Assembly: GCA_021774875.1 (NCBI GenBank)
Contig: JAJFIP010000032.1
Span: 1 to 61,970 of the forward strand
Direction: 5' to 3'
Source: Emcibacter sp.
Lineage (GTDB): Bacteria; Pseudomonadota; Alphaproteobacteria; Sphingomonadales; Emcibacteraceae
Length of the DNA stretch: 61,970 nt
Position numbers and translations under genes: made by a program. The first letter of the stretch is position 1. Every line of letters starts with the position of its first letter. This document shows positions 1 through 9,002 of this stretch, piece by piece. Below the pieces are notes generated by a model. That model searched no databases, had not been told where the DNA came from, and saw only the letters and a program-made list of their open reading frames with translations.

Positions 1-689
1 AGCTTGCGGGCGTGAGTGACCCGGAACAGAAGCGTAAGATCATTGGCGGCCTGTTTATTGATGTTTTTGAAACAGAAGCCAAAGCCATTGGCGGGGCTGA
101 TTTTCTGGCGCAGGGAACGCTCTATCCCGATGTGATCGAGAGTGTTTCTTTTACCGGTGGCCCAAGTGTCACCATCAAGTCCCATCATAATGTGGGTGGA
201 CTACCAGAACGCATGAATATGGATCTGGTGGAGCCTTTGCGCGAATTATTCAAGGACGAGGTGCGGGAGTTGGGCCGGGAACTTGGCCTGCCCGAAGCTT
301 TCATCCGGCGCCATCCATTTCCGGGGCCGGGGCTTGCTATCCGTATTCCGGGAGATATTACGTCGGCAAAATGTGACATTTTACGCAAGGCCGATGATAT
401 TTACCTTCAGGAGATAAGGAATGCTGGGCTGTATGATGTGATCTGGCAGGCATTTGCGGTATTGTTGCCGGTGCGGACCGTGGGTGTGATGGGTGATGCC
501 AGAACCTATGATTATGTCTGTGCTCTCCGGGCGGTAACGTCAACTGACGGCATGACGGCAGATTATTATCATTTTGACCATGAATTTCTGAGCCGGGTAT
601 CGACCCGCATCATTAATGAAGTCCGTGGCATAAACCGCATAGTTTATGATATAACCTCAAAACCCCCCGGCACCATTGAATGGGAGTGA
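1..689 (+). CDS. guaA: GMP synthase, C-terminal part (5' end outside the window)
   Basis: [34 protein letters not shown] and C-terminal KPPGTIEWE motifs. Confidence 0.97.
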   Translation, partial: LAGVSDPEQKRKIIGGLFIDVFETEAKAIGGADFLAQGTLYPDVIESVSFTGGPSVTIKSHHNVGGLPERMNMDLVEPLRELFKDEVRELGRELGLPEAFIRRHPFPGPGLAIRIPGDITSAKCDILRKADDIYLQEIRNAGLYDVIWQAFAVLLPVRTVGVMGDARTYDYVCALRAVTSTDGMTADYYHFDHEFLSRVSTRIINEVRGINRIVYDITSKPPGTIEWE

Positions 690-701
690 CAGGAGTTTAC
701 C

Positions 702-1526
702 ATGTATGCAGATAACCAGATACGTCGCAATACAGTTCGTGACATTACCAAGCTGAAGGGCGTGCGTCCGGTGGTGTCGCTCACGGCCTATACTGCCCCC
801 ATGGCCGCCGGACTCGATCCCCATGTGGATTTTCTGCTGGTGGGTGACAGCCTTGCCATGGTGCTTTACGGCATGGAAAGCACGATCGGTGTGTCCCTTA
901 ATACTATGATAGAGCATACCAAGGCTGTGATGCGTGGTTCGCAAAAGGCTTTGGTTATCCTTGACATGCCGTTTGGATCTTTTGAGCAATCAAAGGAACA
1001 GGCTTTCAAGAATGCTTCCCGCGTGTTGCGCGAAACAGGCTGTGCTGCGGTTAAGCTGGAAGGCGGAGCCGCCATGGCGGAAACCATCGAATTTCTGGTC
1101 AAGCGCAATATTCCGGTGATGGCTCATATTGGCCTGCGACCACAGGCGGTGCATGTGATGGGTGGCTACCGGACCCAGGGCAGAAGTGATGATGAACGTA
1201 CCCATATGATTGAAGATGCCTATGCCGTTCAGAAGGCAGGGGCATTTTCGGTTGTGCTTGAGGGGGTGGCAGAGCCTCTGGCCGTGGAAATTACTGAAAA
1301 ACTGGACATTATAACTATTGGTATTGGGGCATCAGCACAATGTGACGGGCAGATTCTGGTGGTTGAAGATATGCTGGGATATTTCCCGTCAAATGCCAAA
1401 TTCGTCAAGCGTTATGCCGAAGTTGGCAAGGCCATCGATTCTGCGGCAAAACAATATGCCGATGAGGTAAAGACGAGAGATTTTCCCGCTAAAGAACATA
1501 CATATGGATTAAAGCCTAAATCCTGA
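702..1526 (+). CDS. panB: 3-methyl-2-oxobutanoate hydroxymethyltransferase
   Basis: LTAY, LLVGDSL, DMPFGS, VKLEGG, IGIGA and DGQILV motifs. Confidence 0.96.
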   Translation: MYADNQIRRNTVRDITKLKGVRPVVSLTAYTAPMAAGLDPHVDFLLVGDSLAMVLYGMESTIGVSLNTMIEHTKAVMRGSQKALVILDMPFGSFEQSKEQAFKNASRVLRETGCAAVKLEGGAAMAETIEFLVKRNIPVMAHIGLRPQAVHVMGGYRTQGRSDDERTHMIEDAYAVQKAGAFSVVLEGVAEPLAVEITEKLDIITIGIGASAQCDGQILVVEDMLGYFPSNAKFVKRYAEVGKAIDSAAKQYADEVKTRDFPAKEHTYGLKPKS

Positions 1527-1594
1527 TTGCCTTCTGGGCAAGCCCGCGCTATCTTGTGCCGCTTAAAGAATGATGACAACAACAGGAGCATTGA

Positions 1595-2239
1595 TTGTCC
1601 GAAGAATTTATTCGTGAAGTTGACGAAGACTTACGCCATAAGCAGCTGACGAACGTATGGAAGAAATTTGGACCATATGTGATGGCTTTTCTGGTGGGGA
1701 CTGTCTTGTTTGTGGCCGGAAATGTGACCCTGAAAAACTATAATGAGAGCCAATATGCAAAAGTGGCTGACAAATATAGCAAGGTAGAACAAAGCGTTGA
1801 AGCCAATGATATGGATGAGGCTCTGAAAAATCTTGAAGCTTTGTCAGATACCAACGTTAACGGTTATCAAATCCTTGCTGCTTTTAAAGAAGCCGATATT
1901 GAACTTGGAAAAGGTAACACAGAAACAGCCATTGCCGCTCTCGACAAGCTTGGTGGGGCTGCCGGCGTGGATAAGGTATACAGAGATCTCGCCAGCCTGA
2001 AGGCGGCTATGATTGCCTTGGACAGCGCATCATATGATGAGATAAAAGCGCGTCTGGCACCTTTGACCATAGAAGGCAACGTTTGGAAATATATGGCCAA
2101 GGAACTGTTGGCCATGGCGGCACTGGCCAGTGGTAACGGGGAAGAAGCCAAGAACCTTTTGACCCAGTTAGAACAGGATCTGGAAGCACCGCAACAAGTA
2201 AAAACCCGCGCTAAAGATTTTAAGTCCGTAATTGAATAA
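1595..2239 (+). CDS. YfgM-like TPR membrane protein
   Basis: N-terminal FIREVDEDLR, one TM helix, helical repeats; conserved position before bamB-der. Confidence 0.85.
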   Translation: MSEEFIREVDEDLRHKQLTNVWKKFGPYVMAFLVGTVLFVAGNVTLKNYNESQYAKVADKYSKVEQSVEANDMDEALKNLEALSDTNVNGYQILAAFKEADIELGKGNTETAIAALDKLGGAAGVDKVYRDLASLKAAMIALDSASYDEIKARLAPLTIEGNVWKYMAKELLAMAALASGNGEEAKNLLTQLEQDLEAPQQVKTRAKDFKSVIE

Positions 2240-2259
2240 TAGTTAAGAATGGACCAGAT

Positions 2260-3609
2260 ATGGTTTCCGAGAATAAGTCTATGACAATAGTATCAAAATT
2301 TTCCCTTATCGTTGTGATCTGTGGGGCGCTTGTCGCCTGTAGCGGCAGTGATGATGAGCCGAAAAACAGTAAAAAACTGACAGGCGAGCGCATTCCGGTT
2401 CTAACTTTTGAGCAGACTCTGAAGGAAAATGCAGAACTGGCCAATCTCCAGGTTCAGCTTCCCCGGCCTTACACCAACAAGGACTGGCCCCAAGCTGGTG
2501 GCAATCAGCATCACTCCATGCAGCATTTAAGCCTTGGTAGTAATCCAAAGAAAATCTGGTCTGTAGGCATTGGTGATGATTCAAATAATCGCCGTAGTAT
2601 CATCAGCATGCCAGTTGTGACGGATGGTGTTATCTATGCCATGGATTCCATGTCAAAAATTTCCGCGTATAACGCAGATACGGGCAAAAAAATCTGGCAG
2701 AAGAAATTTAAGCAAGAAGGCGAGACTGAAAATATTTCTTACGGTGGCGGCATCACCGCCGGACCGGATGCACTCTATATCACTAACGGTTATGGTCATG
2801 TGGCGGCACTATCCAAGACCACAGGTGAAGAAATCTGGATTACCCGGTTGAGTATCCCCATGCGCGGTGCGCCAACCTATGCTGAGGGCCGTGTATTTGC
2901 CCTGACCCATGATAATCAGACCTATGCCCTGGACTCTGCGGACGGCAAAATCCTGTGGAGCGAAGTGGGAATTTCTGAAAATGCCGGTCTGGTCGGGGCC
3001 GCAAGCCCTGCTGTTGTTGGTAATACGGTAATCGCGGCTTATTCATCGGGTGAGCTTTATGCCATGAGGGTGGAAAATGGCCGGGTGCTGTGGTCTGATA
3101 CCCTGAATACCCAAGGTCGTCTGACGGCTATGGCCACTTTGCGTGATATTGATGGTCATCCAGTGGTTTTTGACGGAAAAGTTTATGCTATCAGCCACAG
3201 TGGTCGCATGGTCGCCATTGACTTGCGATCTGGGGTTCGTATCTGGGAACAGAATATTGGCTCCCAGCATACGCCGTGGGTCGCGGGGGAATATATCTAT
3301 GTGGTGACAGCCGAGGGTCAGGTAGTCTGCGTAACCCGCCGCACAGGACTTGTACGCTGGGTGCGTCAGCTGGAACGATTTAAAGACCCGGACCGCAGGA
3401 AAGAAGCCGTGTTATGGCATGGGCCGACGTTGGCCGGGGATAGATTGATAGTGACATCATCTCATGGCTATGCTGTGGCGATCTCGCCCTATGACGGCTC
3501 ATTTATCAGTGGTATGGAATTGCCAGATGATATGGAAATGGGCCCGATCGTAGTCAATGACACACTTTATTTCCTGACCCGCGATGCAGAACTTATCGCC
3601 ATGCGATAA
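2260..3609 (+). CDS. bamB: PQQ-like beta-propeller lipoprotein, BamB family
   Basis: Lipobox LVAC, repeated A-x-D/S-xxTG-xxxW blades, synteny with yfgM and der. Confidence 0.8.
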   Translation: MVSENKSMTIVSKFSLIVVICGALVACSGSDDEPKNSKKLTGERIPVLTFEQTLKENAELANLQVQLPRPYTNKDWPQAGGNQHHSMQHLSLGSNPKKIWSVGIGDDSNNRRSIISMPVVTDGVIYAMDSMSKISAYNADTGKKIWQKKFKQEGETENISYGGGITAGPDALYITNGYGHVAALSKTTGEEIWITRLSIPMRGAPTYAEGRVFALTHDNQTYALDSADGKILWSEVGISENAGLVGAASPAVVGNTVIAAYSSGELYAMRVENGRVLWSDTLNTQGRLTAMATLRDIDGHPVVFDGKVYAISHSGRMVAIDLRSGVRIWEQNIGSQHTPWVAGEYIYVVTAEGQVVCVTRRTGLVRWVRQLERFKDPDRRKEAVLWHGPTLAGDRLIVTSSHGYAVAISPYDGSFISGMELPDDMEMGPIVVNDTLYFLTRDAELIAMR

Positions 3610-3672
3610 CCAATACATGCTTTTATGATTGATTTATTGGCCCGTTTTGCGTAAAGACGGGCCAATTATTAT

Positions 3673-5103
3673 GTGGAAAATGAGATGGCAATCAAGGTTG
3701 CAATGATAGGCCGCCCCAATGTGGGCAAGTCAACTTTATTTAACAGACTCGTGGGCAAGCGGCTGGCACTGGTGGACGATACACCGGGCGTTACCCGTGA
3801 TCGGCGCGAGGCAAAGGCCAACCTTGGCGGGGTGGATTTCATCGCCATTGATACCGCAGGCCTTGAAGAGGACGGCGTGACTAAACTTGCAAGCCGTATG
3901 CGTATTCAGACAGACATCGCCATTGAAGAGGCGGATTTTGTCCTGTTCATGATTGATGCCCGTGCAGGTGTTACCCCGCTGGACAAGTTTTTTGCAGATC
4001 TTTTACGGCGCGGCACGACCCCGGTGATCCTGTTGTGTAATAAATGCGAAGGCCGGGCCGCAGAAGCCGGACTCTATGAATCCTATGAACTGGGTTTGGG
4101 TGACCCTGTTGCTATTTCAGCAGAGCATGGCGAGGGTCTATCCGAACTGATCGAGGCATTTGACAAAGTGATCCTTGAACTCGGTCTGGAAGAGGAAGAA
4201 GAGCCGGACGAGATCATCAGCAAGTCGGTATCCATCAAAGGCGAGGTCAGCGATGAGGAGGCCGAGGCCACAGAGGAAGATAGCGGTCTGCCACTGCAAA
4301 TGGCCATTGTCGGACGACCCAATGTGGGCAAATCAACATTGGTGAACCATCTGCTCGGCGAAGAACGGCAGATCACAGGCCCCGAAGCTGGCCTGACCCG
4401 TGATTCCATCGGCGTGACCTATTTTTACGAGGGCCGCGAAATTCGCATGTTTGACACCGCGGGACTGCGCCGGAAATCAAAGGTCATGGCAAAGCTGGAA
4501 AAGCTGTCCGTCGCCGATACCATCCGCGCCCTTAATTTTGCCGAGGTCGTTGTGCTGATGGTTGATGCGACCATGCCGTTTGAGAAACAGGATTTGAGCA
4601 TTGCCAGCCTGATCGTGCAGGAAGGCCGCTCACTGGTAATCGCGCTCAATAAATATGACCTGATGGAAAACCGTCAGGAGGTGATGAAGGATATTCTGGA
4701 CACACTGGAACATTCCCTGCCGCAGATTAAAGGCATTCCGGTCATCCCGATCTCTGCCCTGACCGGCAGGGGCGTCAACAAGCTGATGCCAGCCGTCTTT
4801 GATGCTTATCGCATGTGGAACCGGCGGGTGAGTACGGCAAAACTCAACAAATGGCTGGCGGCAACAATGGCTTATCATCCCCATCCGTCAGTCAAAGGCC
4901 GCCGGATCAAGATGCGCTATATGACCCAGGTGAAAACCCGCCCACCGACCTTTGCCATTTTCTGCAACCGTACCGCCGATGTGGCCCGCAGCTATGAACG
5001 TTATCTGCTTAATGAATTGCGCTGGGATTTTGAATTGCCTGGTGTGCCTATTCGCCTGATGCTGCGTAAAGGCGATAACCCTTACGGCAAATCCCTGAAA
5101 TGA
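3673..5103 (+). CDS. der: Ribosome biogenesis GTPase Der/EngA
   Basis: Two GRPNVGKS P-loops, two DTAG motifs, NKxD-like motifs, KH-like C-terminus. Confidence 0.97.
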   Translation: MENEMAIKVAMIGRPNVGKSTLFNRLVGKRLALVDDTPGVTRDRREAKANLGGVDFIAIDTAGLEEDGVTKLASRMRIQTDIAIEEADFVLFMIDARAGVTPLDKFFADLLRRGTTPVILLCNKCEGRAAEAGLYESYELGLGDPVAISAEHGEGLSELIEAFDKVILELGLEEEEEPDEIISKSVSIKGEVSDEEAEATEEDSGLPLQMAIVGRPNVGKSTLVNHLLGEERQITGPEAGLTRDSIGVTYFYEGREIRMFDTAGLRRKSKVMAKLEKLSVADTIRALNFAEVVVLMVDATMPFEKQDLSIASLIVQEGRSLVIALNKYDLMENRQEVMKDILDTLEHSLPQIKGIPVIPISALTGRGVNKLMPAVFDAYRMWNRRVSTAKLNKWLAATMAYHPHPSVKGRRIKMRYMTQVKTRPPTFAIFCNRTADVARSYERYLLNELRWDFELPGVPIRLMLRKGDNPYGKSLK

Positions 5104-5615
5104 TCATTCGCCCTGTTACCAAAGCCGATGAAAAATCCTTTCAGGACATTATGAAAATTTCCATTGCGGGTATGTGTACAGAGGCATACGGCGCGGCGAC
5201 TACAGCGGCATGGGTATCAGAAGACAATCCGACCTTTCATTTTGCGATACCTGAATTTGCCTTTGTTGCCGAACAGGACGGTGAAATCATAGCCGTTGGC
5301 GGCTGGAGCCTGACCGACAAGGTTGATCTGCATCCCGCAGGCGATCAGATCATTGAAAACCCCACCCACGCCCGAATAAATGCGGTTTATATCAAACCGG
5401 GGCATGAGGGCCGGGGACTGGGCCAAAAAATAATGGCACATCTTGAAGCGGATATTCGGGCGCGGACAAAGTTACGGGATGTTTATCTCTGGTCGACCAA
5501 AAACGCCTTTTCCTTTTATCAGGCGCAGGGATATGAGGCAGGTGTCGATAAATACCCCGAAGTGGCAAAGGGATTTGAAATACAGGTGCGTTATATGTGG
5601 AAGACTTTGGGGTAG
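5100..5615 (+). CDS. GNAT family N-acetyltransferase
   Basis: VYIKPGHEGRGLG acetyl-CoA motif A and NAFSFYQAQGY; ATGA overlap with the der stop. Confidence 0.88.
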   Translation: MIIRPVTKADEKSFQDIMKISIAGMCTEAYGAATTAAWVSEDNPTFHFAIPEFAFVAEQDGEIIAVGGWSLTDKVDLHPAGDQIIENPTHARINAVYIKPGHEGRGLGQKIMAHLEADIRARTKLRDVYLWSTKNAFSFYQAQGYEAGVDKYPEVAKGFEIQVRYMWKTLG

Positions 5616-5632
5616 GTGGAAGGCTTTCTTTT

Positions 5633-6364
5633 TTATGGCGGCATAAGCCCTACATGTTCGTATGAACGGATTAATCCTTTTTGAGCTTTTATTGTTAAGG
5701 GCGTTTTATTAATTTCCCATTCTCTAATAATCTTTTCACTTAATTTGATTTCTTCCTTGGTCATTTGTGGCTCAATCAGTTCCATGGCTGCTTGCCCCCG
5801 CGCGCTAAGCTTATCACTGAAAACAAGTTCGGAAAGTAAAATATATGCACGTGCTTTTGTCACATCTTTCTGGATTACTATTCCTTGATAGTTTAAAGAC
5901 GCTAGAACCTGTAATGCTGGAGCATAGCCTTGCTTTGCAGCTAAAGTTAAGAAATTGAAGGCCTTTTCAATATCCTCCATTTTTAAGTACTTTAGTCCTA
6001 CATCATACTGGGCAAGAGAATAACCTGCATTGGCAGAAATCAGCTTATAGTAAAGCGCTTTTTCTTCATCATTCTCAACAATATCGCCTGCTTGCCCAGC
6101 AAAATAACATCCAAGTTTGTAGGCCCCTAAAGGGTCATTTGCTGTGCCGGATATTGAAAACCACTTATAGGCCTCTTTGATATTTTTTTGTGTAGCTATG
6201 CCATTATTATAAAACATACCAAGATGATAGGCTGCTTCCATATCACCTTTTTTTGCCAGAAGTGATATTTTTTTAAAAAGCTGTTCATGATCTTCAGCGT
6301 AAGATGCTGTGGGCATGAAGGTTAAGAAAATAAGTATTAGTAAATGTTTCATCACATTCCCCAT
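5633..6364 (-). CDS. Secreted Sel1-repeat protein
   Basis: Signal peptide; repeats AAYHLGMFYNNG, AYKLGCYF, AQYDVGLKY, AAKQGYAPA; AT-rich. Confidence 0.85.
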   Translation of the reverse strand: MGNVMKHLLILIFLTFMPTASYAEDHEQLFKKISLLAKKGDMEAAYHLGMFYNNGIATQKNIKEAYKWFSISGTANDPLGAYKLGCYFAGQAGDIVENDEEKALYYKLISANAGYSLAQYDVGLKYLKMEDIEKAFNFLTLAAKQGYAPALQVLASLNYQGIVIQKDVTKARAYILLSELVFSDKLSARGQAAMELIEPQMTKEEIKLSEKIIREWEINKTPLTIKAQKGLIRSYEHVGLMPP

Positions 6365-6425
6365 TAGTTATTAATACCAATTAAAGGCTATCAAATAATA
6401 GGCAATAATACAATCATTCTCCACC

Positions 6426-6525
6426 GTCATTCCTGCGAAGGCAGGAATCTAGTTAAATAAAAAGAAGCCATCTTCGAAGTCATTATTTATTTAGCGGGCT
6501 GGATTCCTGCCTTCGCAGGAATGAC
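6426..6525. repeat. REP-like palindromic pair, 24-bp perfect inverted repeat
   Basis: GTCATTCCTGCGAAGGCAGGAATC (6426-6449) and its exact reverse complement (6502-6525); each arm is itself a hairpin. Confidence 0.85.
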
Positions 6526-6542
6526 TAGGGGAGGCGATGACA

Positions 6543-6628
6543 GAAAATTGGGGACAGGAAAATTGGGGACAGTATACTATTTATTATGAAGGATAATATC
6601 TGATTAATAGTATACTGTCCCCAATTTT
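6543..6628. repeat. 23-bp inverted repeat element (MITE/REPIN-like) with a tandem 15-bp duplication of its left end
   Basis: AAAATTGGGGACAGTATACTATT (6559-6581) / AATAGTATACTGTCCCCAATTTT (6606-6628); GAAAATTGGGGACAG at 6543-6557 and 6558-6572. Confidence 0.8.
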
Positions 6629-6629
6629 T

Positions 6630-6803
6630 TACTGCAGAGAAAACCGAATATTCGAATACGATCAAATACTTACCGACGTGGCTATAGAGCCAAATTCACT
6701 TGCAACGATAGCAGATATTATGTTGTGGTCGCGGAAGCACTTTGCTGAAATAGCAGGGGTTGAGTTCAAATCTGTAAAACTAGAATTAAAGATAGAGCAT
6801 TGA
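6630..6803 (+). pseudogene. Probable 3' remnant of a gene truncated at the inverted repeat
   Basis: Frame reading YCRENRIFEYDQ...TIADIMLWSRKHFAEIAGVEFKSVKLELKIEH-stop, open only back to a TAA inside the IR spacer, no convincing 5' start. Confidence 0.35.
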
Positions 6804-6849
6804 TCCCCCTATCACTTGTGATAACCGTCATTTTCCTGTAGTAGGGGCC

Positions 6850-7668
6850 ATGAAGGAGCATACAGTGGCTGGCACCAACAGTTTGGAAAATGAAATCATC
6901 CATGTACGCGGCCCGGCGATTATATTGATCGGGGCGCAGTTGGGGGAGAATATTGGCAAGGCGGTGCGGGCCATGTATAATTTTGGCCTGACCGACCTGC
7001 GGCTTGTCGCGCCCCGTGATGGCTGGCCCAATCCTGATGCAATTCCGGCGGCGGCGGGGGCGGATATAGTATTGGATAAGGCGCGGGTGTTTGATAGCAC
7101 AGCAGAGGCCATTGCTGATCTGGCGTATGTTTATGCCACGACCGCACGGCGGCGGGATATGATCAAGACAGTGATCACGCCGCGCAAATGCGCGGAACTG
7201 ATGCGATCTCATTCAGATGGGGGACAGAAAATTGGCTTATTGTTTGGCCCTGAAAAAGCCGGGCTTACCAATGATGATGTGGCCCTGTGTGATGCCATCG
7301 TATCTGTGCCGCTCAATCCGGCCTTTGCCTCAATAAATCTGGCACAAGCCGTGATCCTGATGTCTTATGAATGGTTTCAGACCGGATCAGACCAGCCGGA
7401 ACAATATACCCCGCAGCTTGATACTACACCCGCATCCTCCGATGATCTGCAAAAACTGTTTGATCATATGGAGGCCGAGTTGACCGAGGCTGGATATTTC
7501 CGCCACGATCAACGTCGGCCAACCATGAAACGGAATTTACGCAATATCTTCAAACGATCTGAATTGACGCGAGAAGAAGTCAGCACCCTGCGCGGGGTGG
7601 TCAAGGCCCTTGCTACCGGCGGCGGGCCGGGCTGGATTGCGGAAAAGGCTGAAAAAAACAAGGAATGA
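6850..7668 (+). CDS. trmJ: SPOUT RNA methyltransferase, TrmJ/LasT family
   Basis: ENIGKAVRAMYNFG, YATTAR, LFGPEKAGLTN and SINLAQAV motifs. Confidence 0.85.
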   Translation: MKEHTVAGTNSLENEIIHVRGPAIILIGAQLGENIGKAVRAMYNFGLTDLRLVAPRDGWPNPDAIPAAAGADIVLDKARVFDSTAEAIADLAYVYATTARRRDMIKTVITPRKCAELMRSHSDGGQKIGLLFGPEKAGLTNDDVALCDAIVSVPLNPAFASINLAQAVILMSYEWFQTGSDQPEQYTPQLDTTPASSDDLQKLFDHMEAELTEAGYFRHDQRRPTMKRNLRNIFKRSELTREEVSTLRGVVKALATGGGPGWIAEKAEKNKE

Positions 7669-7669
7669 A

Positions 7670-7697
7670 TTGACTTTCCCGCACCCTTCACTATATT
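7670..7697 (+). promoter_or_regulatory. Putative sigma70 promoter of rpsD
   Basis: TTGACT-N16-TATATT about 105 nt upstream of the rpsD start. Confidence 0.5.
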
Positions 7698-7803
7698 CCG
7701 CCCATCGTGAATGACTCGAGTGAAAATCCCGGGTTGCGTGAAGCAGGGCATATCCTGTTTCATGGCGCTGATTTCAACAATTTAACAGAAGCGATTCTAT
7801 AAA

Positions 7804-8421
7804 ATGACTAAACGTACACAAGCCAAGTATAAAATTGACCGCCGCATGGGTGAAAACATCTGGGGTCGTCCTAAATCTCCGGTAAATTCCCGTGAATATG
7901 GTCCGGGCCAGCATGGTCAGGGTCGCCGCAGCAAACTGTCCGACTATGGTATTCAGCTGCGCGCGAAACAGAAGCTGAAAGGCTATTACGGCGATATTAC
8001 CGAAAAACAGTTTAAACGTGTTTATAAAGATGCCGACAAAATGCGCGGTGATACAGGTGCTCATCTGGTTGGCCTGCTGGAAAGCCGTCTGGATGCGTTG
8101 GTTTACCGCGCTAAATTCGTCCCCACCGTATTTTCTGCCCGTCAGTTCGTTAATCATGGTCATGTAACTGTGAACGGTAAAAAAGTGAATATTCCAAGCT
8201 ACCGTGTGAAAGCCGGTGATGTAGTTGAAATTCGCGATAAATCACAGCAGATCCCCATGGTTATTCAGGGAATGGCGTCCAATGAACGTGATGTTCCCGA
8301 ATATCTGGCACTGGAAAACAATGGCACAAAAGTGACTTACCTACGGGTGCCGCTTCTGGATGAAATTCCATACCCTGTACTGATGGAACCAAATCTGATC
8401 GTGGAATTTTACTCACGCTAA
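7804..8421 (+). CDS. rpsD: 30S ribosomal protein S4
   Basis: [23 protein letters not shown] and VEFYSR motifs. Confidence 0.98.
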   Translation: MTKRTQAKYKIDRRMGENIWGRPKSPVNSREYGPGQHGQGRRSKLSDYGIQLRAKQKLKGYYGDITEKQFKRVYKDADKMRGDTGAHLVGLLESRLDALVYRAKFVPTVFSARQFVNHGHVTVNGKKVNIPSYRVKAGDVVEIRDKSQQIPMVIQGMASNERDVPEYLALENNGTKVTYLRVPLLDEIPYPVLMEPNLIVEFYSR

Positions 8422-8470
8422 TTATTATTTATCTACTGTATTATTGATATAGATCAATGAAAAAAATCTG

Positions 8471-8509
8471 AAGCTGCTCAATTTACCCTGAGCGGCTTTT
8501 TATTTTTTT
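8471..8509 (+). terminator. Intrinsic terminator of rpsD
   Basis: Stem AAGCTGCTCA / TGAGCGGCTT followed by a T-tract. Confidence 0.7.
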
Positions 8510-8519
8510 GTAGGTTTTT

Positions 8520-8924
8520 ATGAATAAATTTGAGTTAACTTCGGCTTTTTTGATCGGCCATGAAAAAATAGATTCTGACCATGGGGGGCTTGTTAATACT
8601 CTCAATGAAATGATTGATGGCTTTGTTGCACAGGATCTAGATGTATGTCAGAAGAAATGGCAGCAATTCTGTGTGCAGTTAACGCAACATTTTGCGGATG
8701 AATCTAAAATCATGAATGAATTTGGATATATTGAAGATGATCATGATGCTGACCACCAAAAAATATTATTTCATGTCAACACTCTGGGAAATAAGGATAA
8801 TGCTCTGGATGATTGGGAACATTGCCTGTTTGAAGTACGAAGCGATCTACTTACATTGATATTAAAACATGATCTGAAATTTGCCGAACACCTCGTAACG
8901 ATTGGATATAATAACGTCGGGTGA
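8520..8924 (+). CDS. Hemerythrin-like protein, copy 1
   Basis: IGHEKIDSDH, HFADE, HDADH, ILKHDLKF pattern. Confidence 0.8.
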   Translation: MNKFELTSAFLIGHEKIDSDHGGLVNTLNEMIDGFVAQDLDVCQKKWQQFCVQLTQHFADESKIMNEFGYIEDDHDADHQKILFHVNTLGNKDNALDDWEHCLFEVRSDLLTLILKHDLKFAEHLVTIGYNNVG

Positions 8925-9002
8925 TAGCATGTTTATTTTACCTTGATCAATTATATTATATGGCTACAGTTACTAATTCACAATAAACACAGGGGCGGGA
9001 AA

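Noticed and set aside
6426-6628. CRISPR array or intact IS
   Set aside because: The repeats are inverted pairs rather than a direct repeat-spacer series; no cas or transposase gene is present
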